NCBI GenBank assembly: GCA_000320545.1
Contig: ADNK01002130.1
Coordinates: 1 to 47,411 of the forward strand
DNA length: 47,411 bases
DNA from: Bigelowiella natans CCMP2755
Lineage: Eukaryota > Protista > Cercozoa
Direction of reading: 5' to 3'
Positions 11,522-24,916 of the stretch are shown here, in pieces; the stretch's first letter is position 1, and each line of letters starts with the position of its first letter. The notes beneath the pieces are model-generated. The model saw only the letters and a program-made list of their open reading frames with translations, was not told where the DNA came from and did no database searches. Made by a program: the position numbers and the translations under genes.

Positions 11522-14500
11522 ATGCCCCTTCGTCGCCGGGGTTCAGTACTATGTGCTACCAACAGAAGTGCTTCCAGTGGCACCAATGAAGAGAGGCAGA
11601 TCACTAGACCCTGCCTCTACATAACATTGGTGTTGCTTTCTCTATCGCTAATTGCAATCCTTGTGCCGGCGGCGGCCTCCAGATGGTCAAGACACAGCCT
11701 CCTGGTTCTTTTAACATGCGCTCATACTCATATTGCTGCTGCACGCTTAATCCTAAATGCCCCTTATCCCCCTCCACGAGCAGGGCCCGTGCATCTCGCT
11801 GATCCACCGTTCTTCGGCTCTCCGAAGCGGAACAGAGATGGATGCTCGCCTGCACGATGCTAAACAGATGAGGAATCGAGGCGACGCGCTGGCTGCTTCA
11901 CGATTCCTCGCTCCCTGTGGCAGTAGTGGTGGGCATGGATGCCATCGGCGGTACACGTTTACAAGAGCCGGCATCAGCTGCGGCGGCGGAGGCAGCAGGA
12001 GCATTCTTGGAGGACGGCGCGGACGGGTGCTGTCTGGTGGCGCAGAACGCGGCGGGATACCTCCAGGGGCGAAGCGGATCGTGACGAACGATTTCGATGG
12101 GTAGGGACAAGCAAACGAATAAGCTGAGTACGATTCATTGAAAAAACACAGATGGGAGAAGGAGACGATGTACTTCTCGACCGATGAAGAATAATGTAAG
12201 ATGGGATCGATCAGCGGCCTGAAGACTATCAGATTACGCACTAAGCGTATCGGCGGTTATTCCCATTGCCCAGTTCAAACGAATATTAAATAACACCAGC
12301 TTTCATTAGAATGGTGCAATATTGTAGTTCCGCAATGACTAAACTATCATTTTGCAGCAACGATGAAGAAGACGAGGAGGATGTAGCTTTGCGTAAATCG
12401 CAGCTTGGTATCAATGTCTTCATAATAGCCCTGAATTAAGTATTGAGATGTATACTGGGAATTTTTCATATCTTGAGATTGGACGGTGAGTTTTGTCCTA
12501 CGTGATAGCTATCGCTATTGCCGGGAGGGGAAACGGGTTTCTTGCAGCCGTCGTGATATCCTCCGCACGACAATCATGCATACGCTTCTCCTCCTTTATT
12601 CAATATGGTCTTCTCCAGAGACTCGTCTGCGCCAACTTATCAAACGGAACACTAAATTGATCGCCGATCTAGAAGAAAAAACGGTGATGCAGCAATGCTA
12701 TCGAGACCAAGATGTTAAGAAGGAAGAGGAAGGGGCGGGGGAGGAGGAGAGGGAGATAGGCTAAATCCACGCAGCATTTTTCTTCACACAGTTTGACCTC
12801 ATTATTAACGTTCTCGCTGCGATGATTCACTGTCGTACCCAGATAGGGGAGGGTGCGTCGCAGGAGGCTATGGACATGGTCAAGCACTTGAAAAAGATGA
12901 ATGAAAATTCCAGGGTACTTTAGAATGAGAGATAGAGAGAGGGGGGGGAGGGTGTAGGGAAGGTGTCTCATAATTCAATTGATATTTAAAAAAAGAAATA
13001 TGTTGTTTGCTAAGGATCTGTTCCACGTGGACTCCGACAAAATCCTGGGGGAAGATGATTATAAGGTATTTACCACCCTTCTTTCTTCTTTTTCCCCTTT
13101 ATCTGTCTCCACCCCCCCCTCCCCCCCTCCCACCGTCTCTGTGCACGTGCTACAATGCGTTCATACAAAAGCGATTTTTGATTTCTATTTCTCCACAGCT
13201 GCTATACCTCGTTTGTACATATGTTATCAATTCTGTAATTGTTTCCTTGGAGTTCATCTTATTTCACATTCTTGCACGTAAACAGGCCATCGAAGCAAGG
13301 GCGTGGCATATCATTGAAGCAATTGTGAGGAAATTCATCGTAGATTGTTTTGGTGTCGGTGGTTGTGTGAGGGGGGAAGGAATGATATACACCACAAATA
13401 TATTTTGATGTATTTCGAGTTATTTCCGCTCTGACCTTCCTTCATCTCCTTCGTCGTTTGCGTCCTCTACACAGAGCTTCACCTCTTTCCCCTCTTTCTT
13501 CTTCTATTCTTTCTTTGAGTTGTTATTTAACTTCTCCTCTCACCCATCGCCTCTCCTCTGCTGCGTCTCCTCCCGCTCCTCCCTAAACTCTGCCTCCCCC
13601 CCACCCCCTCGACTTAGAATAAGACGATGCCGGCAGATTATGGAAAGCCGGAGGCAACTTCGATCCCTGAGAGTGTAAAAGTGGACGCAGAAGAAGCAGG
13701 TGCTGAGAGAAAGAGGAGAAAAGAGGAATTCGTGGATTAGCTCTGTTGTCATATTAGGCAAAGCGCACACAAGCGATTCTAAATCCCCTCCCACCCTTCA
13801 GATAAGATGATGGCGGTTGCAAGAGAGTCGCTGCAGTCGGAATTTGGCCATGGCATGTTCAGGGTATTTTCAACTTCTCGCCCATTGGAGGCCTCTCTGA
13901 ATAACAACAAAACAAACGAAACAGGATATACTAATTACATATTGCAAGTGATGGCGGCTAACATGCACCTCATTCCTTCATTTGCTGCAGCTGCTGCTGC
14001 TACATTGTTTGTTTGTTTGTTTATATGTTGTGGTGGGGTTGCGTCATTCCGTGCTTATCGTGACCTTCGTGACACCATCATCACCATCACCATCATCATC
14101 ATCATTATTGTGCACATTGATTCTCGCATAGGATGGGCAAGAGGCCGTTTTAAGAGACCTGTTTCGGTGAGAAGATAACGGTTTCTCTTATCGCCAGACC
14201 TGCTACATTCATACAGCGCCGTGTTGTCATGATCATTATTATTAGTGGTATAGAAGTAGTAGAGGGAGAGAAAGAGCAGGAGGAGCGATGACAATAATGC
14301 TTCTAATACCGCACAATATACAGCGGAGAAGACGTTCTTGGTATCCTTCCCACAGGTCCTTTCTTTCCTACACCCCACCTGTACAAATCTGCTCTCAGCG
14401 GCGCAGATGTTTTGTCGCATCTCCCTGAGAGAATAGGCACACTCACACTCACACCTACAAATATCGCTCCGCTCACACACGTTCATATCAAACGACAGGG

Positions 14501-14924
14501 GGGGGGAAGTCGCTGCTGTATCAGGTTACTGCTTTGCATAGAAATAACAGCTTCCTCCTCTTCCTCATGCAGTGAGTTTCTTCTGCCTACTTTTCGAGGA
14601 GTCGAGCTGTGGTAGTAGGTTTATTATATACATGGGGTTGTTATCGTCGTCACCAAATCAAACTCACTTCGTATCACTATTTGCAGCTGCCATCGTTGAT
14701 ATTTCCACACTTAACGATCGTCGTGTCTCCGCTCATCTCCTTGATGAAAGATCAGGTTGGTTCGTGGGGCATGTAATGCAGTGGTGCGTTGTCTTTGCCC
14801 TTGCGTGAGATGATGATGACGATGATGATGACGACGATGATGATGATGCGGCGCAAGGCTCCTGTGCACCTGTGTCTATGATGATTCCAAGAAAACGGAC
14901 TAGAGCAGTCACTTGCACACACAT

Positions 14925-14982
<58 letters not shown>

Positions 14983-15257
14983 GGGGGGAGAGAAAGAGAT
15001 GTATAACTCAATAGGTGGACCACTTCGTCCGGGAGGGCGCAGCTGTAGCCCTGCACAGTAAGAGAAGCCATCCGACCTTTTTGCTAATAGTTAAACAATC
15101 GCAACGTATCTATGCACTGGTGATGGTGGAGAGGAGGAGGAGGAAGAGGAGGAGGAGGAGGAGGAGGGAGGGGGGGGGGATTAACATCATAGTGACGATG
15201 CATGATATTCCCTACATATAGGAGGGGTGGGGAGGGGGTCAACAACATTCCCACACA

Positions 15258-15293
<36 letters not shown>

Positions 15294-15804
15294 CGCACAT
15301 ACGCATATCCCCTCCGGATGGAGAGCAATGTTGCTTGGGTGAATATATTGCAGGTGGGTTAGACCATCTAGATACGAAGGCAGTGCTCAATCAGGTCGTC
15401 TGCTTATCCTCTGCTTGTGACATTGCCCCATCCCAAGTTAAAACGGCATTGGAATGAGCTGCTGTCTCCTTAGATACGCCAGAAGGACGAGAAACTCAAG
15501 CTGCTATTTGTAAGATCAATCGTCCTTGTTAATATAATGCGCGCGCACGCACGCACACACACACACACACACTCACTCACTTTGCGCACACGTATGTATA
15601 TGCATCATATCAAATACAAACTAAATTCACGCACGCATAAACCATTACATGTGTAATCCGCCAAACGTCGTCTTGTTGGCTTCTTCGTGCGTGGTTCTCG
15701 GTTATTTACCACCATTTGGACGAATGCACCCACCACAGGTCTCCCCAGAGCGCTTTACCAACGAGAGGTTTGCTTGGCACTTCATATGCAGAGAAAACAC
15801 GCTT

Positions 15805-15882
<78 letters not shown>

Positions 15883-16217
15883 GGGGGGGGGGGTAGATAA
15901 AGTGAGGAGATATTAATGTATGCATGAGTCTAACCTTCAAAGAAACAGAACTCAGGTCTTTTTTAATTACTTTGTTGTAATATCAACAAAGGTTTCAAAA
16001 CCTCATCCGCACGATTCCAATCTCTCTTTTTGCCGTGGACGAGGTATGATGATAAAAGCGTGGGAGGGAGGGGAAGGGGGGGGGGGAGAGAAAGAGAAAT
16101 AAGGAGAGATCCTGCGAACGAGGGGTCGTAGCCCAATACCGCCCTTCAATTCTGTTTTATCTCCTGAGTTTAAGGGCAAGTATTAAGATAGGAGGAGGTT
16201 GGGAACCGCAAGAAAGG

Positions 16218-16254
<37 letters not shown>

Positions 16255-16410
16255 TGATCTCGTTGTCCTTGTCGTAATTCGTCTTTGCATCTTCCTCACC
16301 CCCCTCCATCGCCAGGCTCACTGCATCTCTGAATGGGGGCATGCGTTTCGCCCGGATTACTTGAAGCTGCCGGTGATAATCCATTCCTAGTCTTCTCAAA
16401 ATAATTGTGT

Positions 16411-16443
<33 letters not shown>

Positions 16444-16794
16444 GAGTCGTTGTGGTTGGCAGCTTCTCTAGTTTTTAAATCAAGCTAAAGCCACAACGAG
16501 TGGTGTCGCAATTGCCGTAAGGGTGCTTCGTCGGAGAAGAAGAAGCTGATGATGATAATGATGGTGAAGAAGAGAATGTTGTTTATTTATTTATTTATTG
16601 AGCACAGCAAGTGCATTTATGGAGGAATGAAACAATACACAGCGGACGATCCACGATTTGAGGCGGGGAGTATCACGAGAGATGAAGACATTACTTCTTA
16701 CAGCAACGTGCTCTCAGAAGGTGAGCATCGTCGCCATTACCTTATATATATATATAGTATTAGTATATACATATTGCTAACAACGCACGCACGC

Positions 16795-16836
<42 letters not shown>

Positions 16837-17460
16837 AATGCGCGCGCGCATTTTCCAGAGACTCCTTCTCCCTTACTGTACTTTTCCGTTTCGTGGGAAG
16901 CTCCCTCGCGAAACAGCAACACCTCCATCTTTTCCCTTCTGCTGCTGGTCTCCTCCGCATGCACATCGTACAATGTATCTGCGTCAGGTTGAGCAAGATC
17001 TGAGGAGTAAGTTCGGTCTCCACAGCGTCCATCGCACGTCATTTTACCGGTTGTGTTGGCCGTGTTGTTAGTCTGCTGCAAGCCTGCTGCCTTTTGTCCC
17101 TGAACACTCGCATCGTATAAATATATATACTTTATCTGTGAGAGCTGTCGAGAGTCAAAGGATTTTTTAAAGAACAAACAAATGTTAGATTCAAATGCAC
17201 AGAAGGCCCTTAACTAATCACATAATGCTATATTCGCATAATACTATATTTGCGTGAGGATCATTCTTTCCCTAGCACGGGGGGGGGTTTCGATAAAAAT
17301 TCATGTATAAGTGTACTATTTTTCTCCGGATTTTCTCACCGCTCTATCTCCACTATACACAGCCCGAACTTGCATATAAACGTGTCCTATTTGAGCGACC
17401 GCGTGGAATTGCCCCCTGACATAGCGAAGCGCCTCCCAGATGAGGAGCCACAGCGGTACT

Positions 17461-17495
<35 letters not shown>

Positions 17496-18372
17496 ATCTC
17501 TTTCCATCCCTTCTTTCCTTCACGAATGCACGCATAATAGGCTGGGTGCAACGGACATGGACGTGGAGTTTCATCCAACTCAGAAGGAGGTGCCACTAGA
17601 TGATGAGTATGCCTGCATGCAAGGACTAATTAGGACAGAATCTGCAATGTTGTGCAGTATGTTCCTTCTCCCCCTCCTCCTCCTCGCCTTCTTCTACACT
17701 ATCACACAATTCTTTCCCTCGCTCATGTTTTGTCCTTGCCATCTCATCTCCCTTGCAGCAACCGCAGAGTCGCGAGCAGAAATTGGCCGGATATCTGGCA
17801 CGGTGATCGACACACGTGCAGCTGCCAAACTCTCCCCCCACCCCCACCCCCACCCTCGCATTACTAAATCCATACCACCACACACGAATTATAACATCGA
17901 TAACTGCGTTTTTTTAAATTCCTTCATGTTATTTATTGACAAACGTCCTCGAATCAGCCCTGGGAGCCTCCCTGCCATTGTGTACACAACAAAGCAAAAA
18001 TCAGCAATGGCTTTGGCCCAGACGCTCCAAAAGGTGATCGATCGATCACGGCAGCAGAACCACTAGCAGCAGCAGCAGCAGCACTAATTAGCTGTTCTGC
18101 AAAGAGTCCCAAATGCTATACTCTATATTAACTATAGATCTCATGATAGCAATCTTCTGGTTCCAAATGTGAAATTTCCTCCCTCTCTTTCCTTGCTTTT
18201 CCACATCAGGCTATGGGTGAGAACTACGACATTCGTCCCTATCACGCAGGCCTGCCATCGGTTTGTTATGATCCCTTACCTTGCTGCTGGTTGCTGCGGA
18301 CGCCTTCTCTCTTTCTCTTTCTCTTTCTCCTTCTCTCGTCTGCGGTTATGGATTGCTATGCCTGGCTAAAAT

Positions 18373-18408
<36 letters not shown>

Positions 18409-19430
18409 ACTCTCTTCAGGAAGTAAGGCAGGGCGTACAGGACTCGTTTTCCAACGGGGTAACACCCATGTATAACAAGAATACACAATTCTTGTCACCC
18501 CCAACTCTCTCAGAATTGGATGGAGGAAGCTATTCCCCCCCCCCCTCTCCTCTAGATCTCCCTATCCACTGTTTTCCCCGTCCGGACTGTGATCGGTTTC
18601 CTCCCTCTATTCTCTTTGTCAGACACTGGATGTCGTTGTGGCGACGATTGCCTTTGGGATGGTAACATATTTGGCGTAGAAGAACGAGACCAAGCCTACG
18701 CATCAATCCAATCACAACAGCACAACGCCACCATTATCACCCTCATCGCTTTGTCGCCATCATCACCACTCTCCCTCCCTCCCTCCCTTCCCCTCTTTCT
18801 TCCTACCTCTCTTAATTCTCTCAGGGTATCAACAAAGCAGATGTCCGCACCGTCATTCACTACAACATGCCTCGCTCCCTCGAAGGTAGTTGACTGTCGC
18901 AGCAGCGGGCTATTTAGCAGCTATTGCCTTTATTCCGGGGCGCTGGTGACGGGTTTTCGAAAGCTATGAGAATGGAACTACCTTCAGCTCGATACGAATC
19001 CATAACTGGCTTATTCCCTGCTGTGTGCTCTCCCAGGATATGTTCAGGAAATCGGACGTGCCGGTCGCGACGGAGACGACTCCTCGTGTGTGGTTGGGCC
19101 TCTCTAACAACACACTGCCGCCAAAAGGAAAAAAAAAAAAAGAGAGCAGACGGAAAGAAATAAGAACGACGATGATGATGTTCCGATGAGGAGACCGATG
19201 CAACCTAAAGTAGCAACCCCTCTTTGTGCTTTTCGTAAACTGTTCTCAGACGCTTTTCTCGACACGGGATGTGCGGATGCTGAAGAACTACGTGTACGAT
19301 TTGAGAGTTGCCGAACGGGGGGGAGCGAATGGGCGTCTTTAGACAGAAGCATGCATGGGGAACGCTGGCAGGAACTCACGAATGGCGACAGCAACAACAT
19401 GAGGAAACTGCTGCTACTATTAACTACTAT

Positions 19431-19463
<33 letters not shown>

Positions 19464-19694
19464 GATTGCTATGATGACCAGGTACGGAGAGGAGCCGATA
19501 CGAGAGGATGTCGAGGTCGGGGCTATATCGGCACACCGCTTTTATTATATTAGTGTATATGTATATTATAAACTATGTTCAGGAAGAACAATACGGATTT
19601 ATGTTAGCGTAGTAGTATCTCTCCGCGCTATGTAGCTGCAGCAGTAGTAGTAGTAGTAGTGGTAGTAGGGAAACGCCCGTGAACATGTACACAA

Positions 19695-19725
<31 letters not shown>

Positions 19726-20356
19726 TACACACATAGAATGACACATGCTCCTACTCATTCCTTTCTTCCCTATCCAGCAACTGCTCAAGCACATATTTGG
19801 CTACGAGGCGGTCTTCGAGGTCTCAAAGGTGGTGTATCTTCATAGAAGTAGTAGGCTTTTTGCTCTCCTCCCCACTTCTCTTCCAAAATGATCTCGAAAG
19901 CAGCACAATTCCCACTCGGAAGAGAGGCGGGGGGGGAGAGCAGCTAAGGAAGAAGAGATGATGATGATTGCGTGTGGTTTTGGCAGGAGCAGAGCGTCAT
20001 CGTGCAGCTGAATCTTTACAAGTTGTCAAGAGACCTCGATATGCCTCAGGTATGTATGTGCTTGCATGCGTGGGCGGGAAGGCGTTTGTATTTTTCGCTG
20101 TAGCTCGCCCTGTTTTAACCATGAACTCTTGTTTTAATCGTCGGCAGTATCCGTTCCTATTTATATATGTATGCGCACACATATGTCATTGTGCTTTTAC
20201 TTTTGGGTAGAGTTTGCTCCTACGATTGCTGGCGTACCTTGGAGAGCTGAAGTGGAAGTAAACCATATAACCGTCCGTGCGCGCTCATTCAGTGTGGGCT
20301 GTGTGCAAAGAATCGTAGTATGTGTGCGACGGTCGATTATGGTACATAAGTGTCTG

Positions 20357-20397
<41 letters not shown>

Positions 20398-20512
20398 ATT
20401 TGACAAATAGGCTCCTGCACGAGATCACACCGATGTACATGCAGTACCAGTGGTATGTTAGAATCTCTAGGATATCTAATATGCACCGTGCATAATTGTG
20501 CTGATCATTCGC

Positions 20513-20566
<54 letters not shown>

Positions 20567-20963
20567 TCCTGCCCCATCCCTCTCCCCCCCCCCCCCTTCC
20601 CGCTTACCGTTCATATACGTATAACTTTGATTGTTCGTCAGGGAGACTGTGAGCGAGATCCCTTCGGCAGCGCAAGGGATGGACGTGAAGGCGTATGAAT
20701 GGGTAGCCCTACGACTTGCTTTTCACGTCCCAGCCCCTTCAATCCCACCCATTCTCCTTGTTTCTCTCCACCGATGTTCTCTTTCTACTATCTTGCATCT
20801 AACATCCTCACCACCAGCCAACACTTCATCTCACCTCTCACGCACTCACGCACTCACGCACTCACGGCCAACCATATGAGCGTATGTCGTTGTGTGCGGA
20901 ATATTTCCTTGAATTATTTGTCACGCTGGGCGCATCCTTGTGGCCCAGAAATCATAACCCTCC

Positions 20964-21003
<40 letters not shown>

Positions 21004-21174
21004 TTGAAAAGTGCGTGGGATCCTTCATCGTCATTTTTTGCTGTAATTGCTAGGTGATGGAGAATGCGGTCCGGAAACGTAAGCTCACGCATCTTAGTCT
21101 CGAAAAGCCTGATATGGTAGTCTCGTCTAGATTGTAAAACAAAATTGACCTAGCGATTGTAAGGAGTGGCCAAT

Positions 21175-21213
<39 letters not shown>

Positions 21214-21766
21214 ATATATATATATATATATATATATTGATTTATATATATTATATATATTTACATATATACATAAAGATTTAATTTATAACTTTTTAAA
21301 CGTTTAGAATGAGATGGAACGAGCGATGGGCGAGAGAGTTAACAGGTAGGTGGTTGCGCCTTGCTGTGCCCATTTTTAGCGGTTCTAACCTCCTCCATCA
21401 TCCTGCCCCCATCCCATCAAGTGTTTGAAAAAGTCGGAATGCTGCCAGCCTATAATACAACGATTTCTTTGACAGATTGCTGAGCGACTGGGCTGCCGTA
21501 GGCTACATAAAGAACATAAAGGTACCTGCTGGAGTATGCAACATCGATGATGTTTGATAATGCCGGGTGATGTGGTTGACTCGACCATCATCATTGTTAT
21601 CATCATCGTCGTCGTCATCATCATCGCCATCATCATCTTTATCAACTATCTGAAGGTATCACAGCTGAGAAATCGCTTTCAAATCCTGGGGCGCAAGAAC
21701 TTCCCAGCAGACGACGAACTCGTGGATTCGCTCACGAACTTTGCGAACGACTTCGTCCACAGAGAG

Positions 21767-21802
<36 letters not shown>

Positions 21803-22466
21803 AGAGTAGTAGTAGTAGCAGCAGTATGGGGGTGGGAAGGGGCGGGGCTGGGAGTATAGCACAAAATTCCTTTAGAAGAGTTCATAAAATAAAAATACGC
21901 GTGGAGACCATCCTCTACTCTGTCATTTCGAAACGGTGGATGATATTGGTTCCTGATTTTTATCGCACCTTTTTCTGGCTACATCAGATCGCTCGTGTGG
22001 AGGAGACTGGGTACACGATGCTGCATAGCCAGCACTGCTGCTATTTTAACTTGAGATGGATTTCTGATGTTGTACTCCCCGTAAATTCCCGTATTTTTTG
22101 CAGATGGCTCCTGTCTCAGAGATTTCCTCCGAGGAAAATACAAGTACGACAATGCCTTTTCCCGCCTTTATAAGAAGACATCCTAAACAAGCCTCTCTGC
22201 TCCACTGTTCTGTGCATCATCCATCTCCCATCGATATCCGCGCAAAAATCTTTGGCTCTTCATTGATGGCATATTCCTGTTATTCTCTGGTTGGCATTTG
22301 CAGGCTTTTCTGGCCGAGCGTTTTGGACTTGGGGCTGGTATTATTCAACAATGATTCCTCGCATCCGTCTTCGCTCTTGTTGCAATAATCGGGGAGCTTG
22401 GAAATAGGGATCGATGTTTCAAAGACTCTGTTTGTTTGGCTATAGATATGCCTTTCTTATTCTCGA

Positions 22467-22506
<40 letters not shown>

Positions 22507-22515
22507 ACACACACT

Positions 22516-22546
<31 letters not shown>

Positions 22547-22574
22547 ACAGACACACAGACACACATATAATATA

Positions 22575-22605
<31 letters not shown>

Positions 22606-23401
22606 TGAATATATACAAATATTATTTATAATTGTTTATCTATTTCACTAAATTTGTACCTATCATGCCATCTGGACAACAGAAACGGAGATGGCTGAGG
22701 ACATCTTCGATCTCTTAGAAGCAAACCACACACTAGTAAGCTACGGTGTCACTTTCAGCCGTCTCCTTTTACCTAGAACCCCTTCCCCCGAGCACACGGA
22801 CCGTGCGTGAAAGTTTCCGAGTTGTTGATGCTGTTGTGTTTTGGACGAAAAATGCTGCCGGGCCTGTTCTTCCTCTCTCATATATGTTCTATTCACGAAA
22901 GCCCTTCGTTTCGGAGCTGCCTCCTGATCTTCCCGCGGTTGTAAATAGGTCAGACTTAACCATTTTGACTTGTCTCATACAAACACCAATTCGAGCGATA
23001 CGTTCTCATGTCTTTGTTGCGGCGTATAGTGGTCTCCCGGCGGGCTTGCTCGAAAATGGGGGTACGCACAAATGTCAAAATCCATGATTCCATAATGAGA
23101 ATACAGAGAGATTTCGTCTCAAATTCGTTCAAAAAAATTAGCTTCGTAGAGGGGTTTTAATCCCCTTCTGCGAGAGTCCAACATGTCAAGAAGTTGAAGG
23201 CGTGATGGAAATGAAGATAGGAGGAGACAGAAGATATGAAAAACAAAGAATGTGCATTATTAATTCTCGTAACGAAAGGCCCCCGGTTGGCGGCTAAGTT
23301 TTTGGTCGGAATGGCATCCCCCAAGATTGTTGGACTGAGGCTTACAAATGATGAGCTGTTCGGGTTGTCATGATAAATTACACACACACACGCACACACA
23401 C

Positions 23402-23443
<42 letters not shown>

Positions 23444-23953
23444 GAGCGTTTATGCGTTATGTCTACATTAATGTACATCATGAAGACGCGACTGCAGTGA
23501 TAAGAAAACGAAGTTTTCCTCATCACCATCATCATAAGACAGTGATAAGCGCGTTGTGCTTGCTGTTGTCCGTTTTAGGTACTGCGATGACGTAGACTTC
23601 AAAGTGCTTCTGGCGGAAATTGAGAAACTGTTAGCATGATTTTAAATACTCGCGATGATCACAATTTGTGCCCCATACTGATGAACGCACACACATGTGC
23701 ATGCATCAGCATACATGTACATATATGCACCATAGATCTAAATCCGTGTCTATATTTTTCAGGGTGAACACGGAGAAGCCGCCCGAAGATGATGACGATA
23801 GCGTAGTGGCTCATTAACTATTCCTAAGATTTCCATCGGTCCAAGAAACGACATGATTATGGTATTCTTCAGGTGCATGGATCGGACTTGGATCCTGAGA
23901 CGGGTTTACCGATGGACATCAAAGCTATGGAACGTCTTGAAGAAGAAGACTAA
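11522..23953 (+). CDS. RECQ: RecQ-family 3'-5' DNA helicase with a RECQL4-like C-terminal region, split into many short exons. The 5' end is uncertain and may carry a signal/bipartite leader
   Basis: Spliced exons give FGHGMFRDGQEAVL...GEDVLGILPTGGGKSLLYQLP (motif 0/I), IVVSPLISLMKDQV (Ia), [29 protein letters not shown] (II plus aromatic loop), LLTATC (III), SFYRPNL, AIVYT (IV), YHAGL, [43 protein letters not shown] (V/VI). These are followed by LSRDLDMPQSLLLRLLAYL and PRLAAKFLVGMASPK...LFG, and a stop at 23951-23953. Confidence 0.93.
15805..15893. repeat. Compound intronic microsatellite (CA)n(GA)n plus poly-G. Representative of dozens of (CA)n, (GA)n, (TA)n, (CAT)n, (AAC)n and (AGT)n tracts in introns across the window
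   Basis: Read directly. Similar tracts at ~1895, 2780, 3395, 4840, 6790, 16220, 20360, 21175, 22470, 31680, 38370 and 39940. Confidence 0.95.
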
Positions 23954-23978
23954 CGATCGTGGTGTTTACACGTGCGTA

Positions 23979-24916
23979 GTCAAATGCATCACCTTCTGCA
24001 AATGAATGCCAACGCCAAGCGGTGCAGGAACATGTTGTTGCAATTTGGGCAGATGATGAGAACGCTGTGTGCATGCAGATGATGGACAAATTGGTTTGGC
24101 CTGCTTCTGAAAACTGAAATCACACGTGTGAAGAACAATTCGTGTGTCAGTGTGCGCACCTGGCGGCTAGCTGGGCAGGCAGATGTTGGAGCATGGTGTC
24201 TGTCCAAGCTCATGTCAGCATTGTCAATTCTGCATTGATTTGAGACAATCGACGCTTCGGAAAATGTCAGTGCTGGCGACACACGCTAGACACGTCTTGA
24301 TGCATTGAAGTCGAAGCAACAATCAGTTTCGCACCTTGCTGTTCTGGGCAAGTCTAGAAGTGTGCAAAATTGGAGCAAGTGTGATGGACACAGTGATGTC
24401 ACACACGTGGCACGTGTGTCACATTGCACGTCCATCACAAGCAGCGACGTGCAAAACGGCGAGTGCACCAAGTCGTTGAACGCAACGCAGCGTGCTGGTT
24501 TTCTCACTTGCCAAAACGAACGATTCACCACGCCAGCACGCCGCCAGCACGCTGCATGGCACGTCCAAACATTCAGACGTCGTGCCACGCCAGCACGTCG
24601 CACGCAACAGTGTTCGCACAACCACGAAGTCAAACGTCCAGGTTTCGCACGTCCTGCGCAACCCCTGCGCATGGGTCATCCATGTCTTTGTTTTTTTTGG
24701 CCATGCAACAACACCAACACACAGCATCGTTTCGGGAAGGTTGCATCGTTCCAATGAATGAACAATGAACAAAGCGTTGATCAAAAACTAAATGCGCCAG
24801 AACCACATGGGAGACAGGCATTTGCACACAGCAGAGCCTCAACAACACTCGTTCCATTTCCACAGTCAAGATTCACAAAAAGATTGCGTTCCCTGAATGG
24901 GAAACTGAAATCGACA
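23979..24916. other. TpA-depleted intergenic island 1
   Basis: Manual count finds only 4 TA in 938 bp (CTAG at 24167, 24286, 24354; CTAA at 24788). TG/CA-rich, CpG retained. Confidence 0.92.

Noticed and set aside
1495-23953. The RAD16-like or RecQ gene as the enzyme causing the TA-free islands
   Set aside because: Neither has a deaminase or base-modifying domain, and proximity alone is not evidence.
24526-24605. CRISPR-like repeat/spacer array
   Set aside because: Only 2-3 short irregular copies, a eukaryotic context and no cas genes.
23989-24869. Cluster of overlapping Cys/His-rich, Tyr-free ORFs in several frames (also at 26718-27645 and 36220-37017)
   Set aside because: An artefact of TpA loss: without TA there are no TAA stops, few TAG stops and no Tyr codons, so frames stay open on both strands. 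No domain is recognisable.
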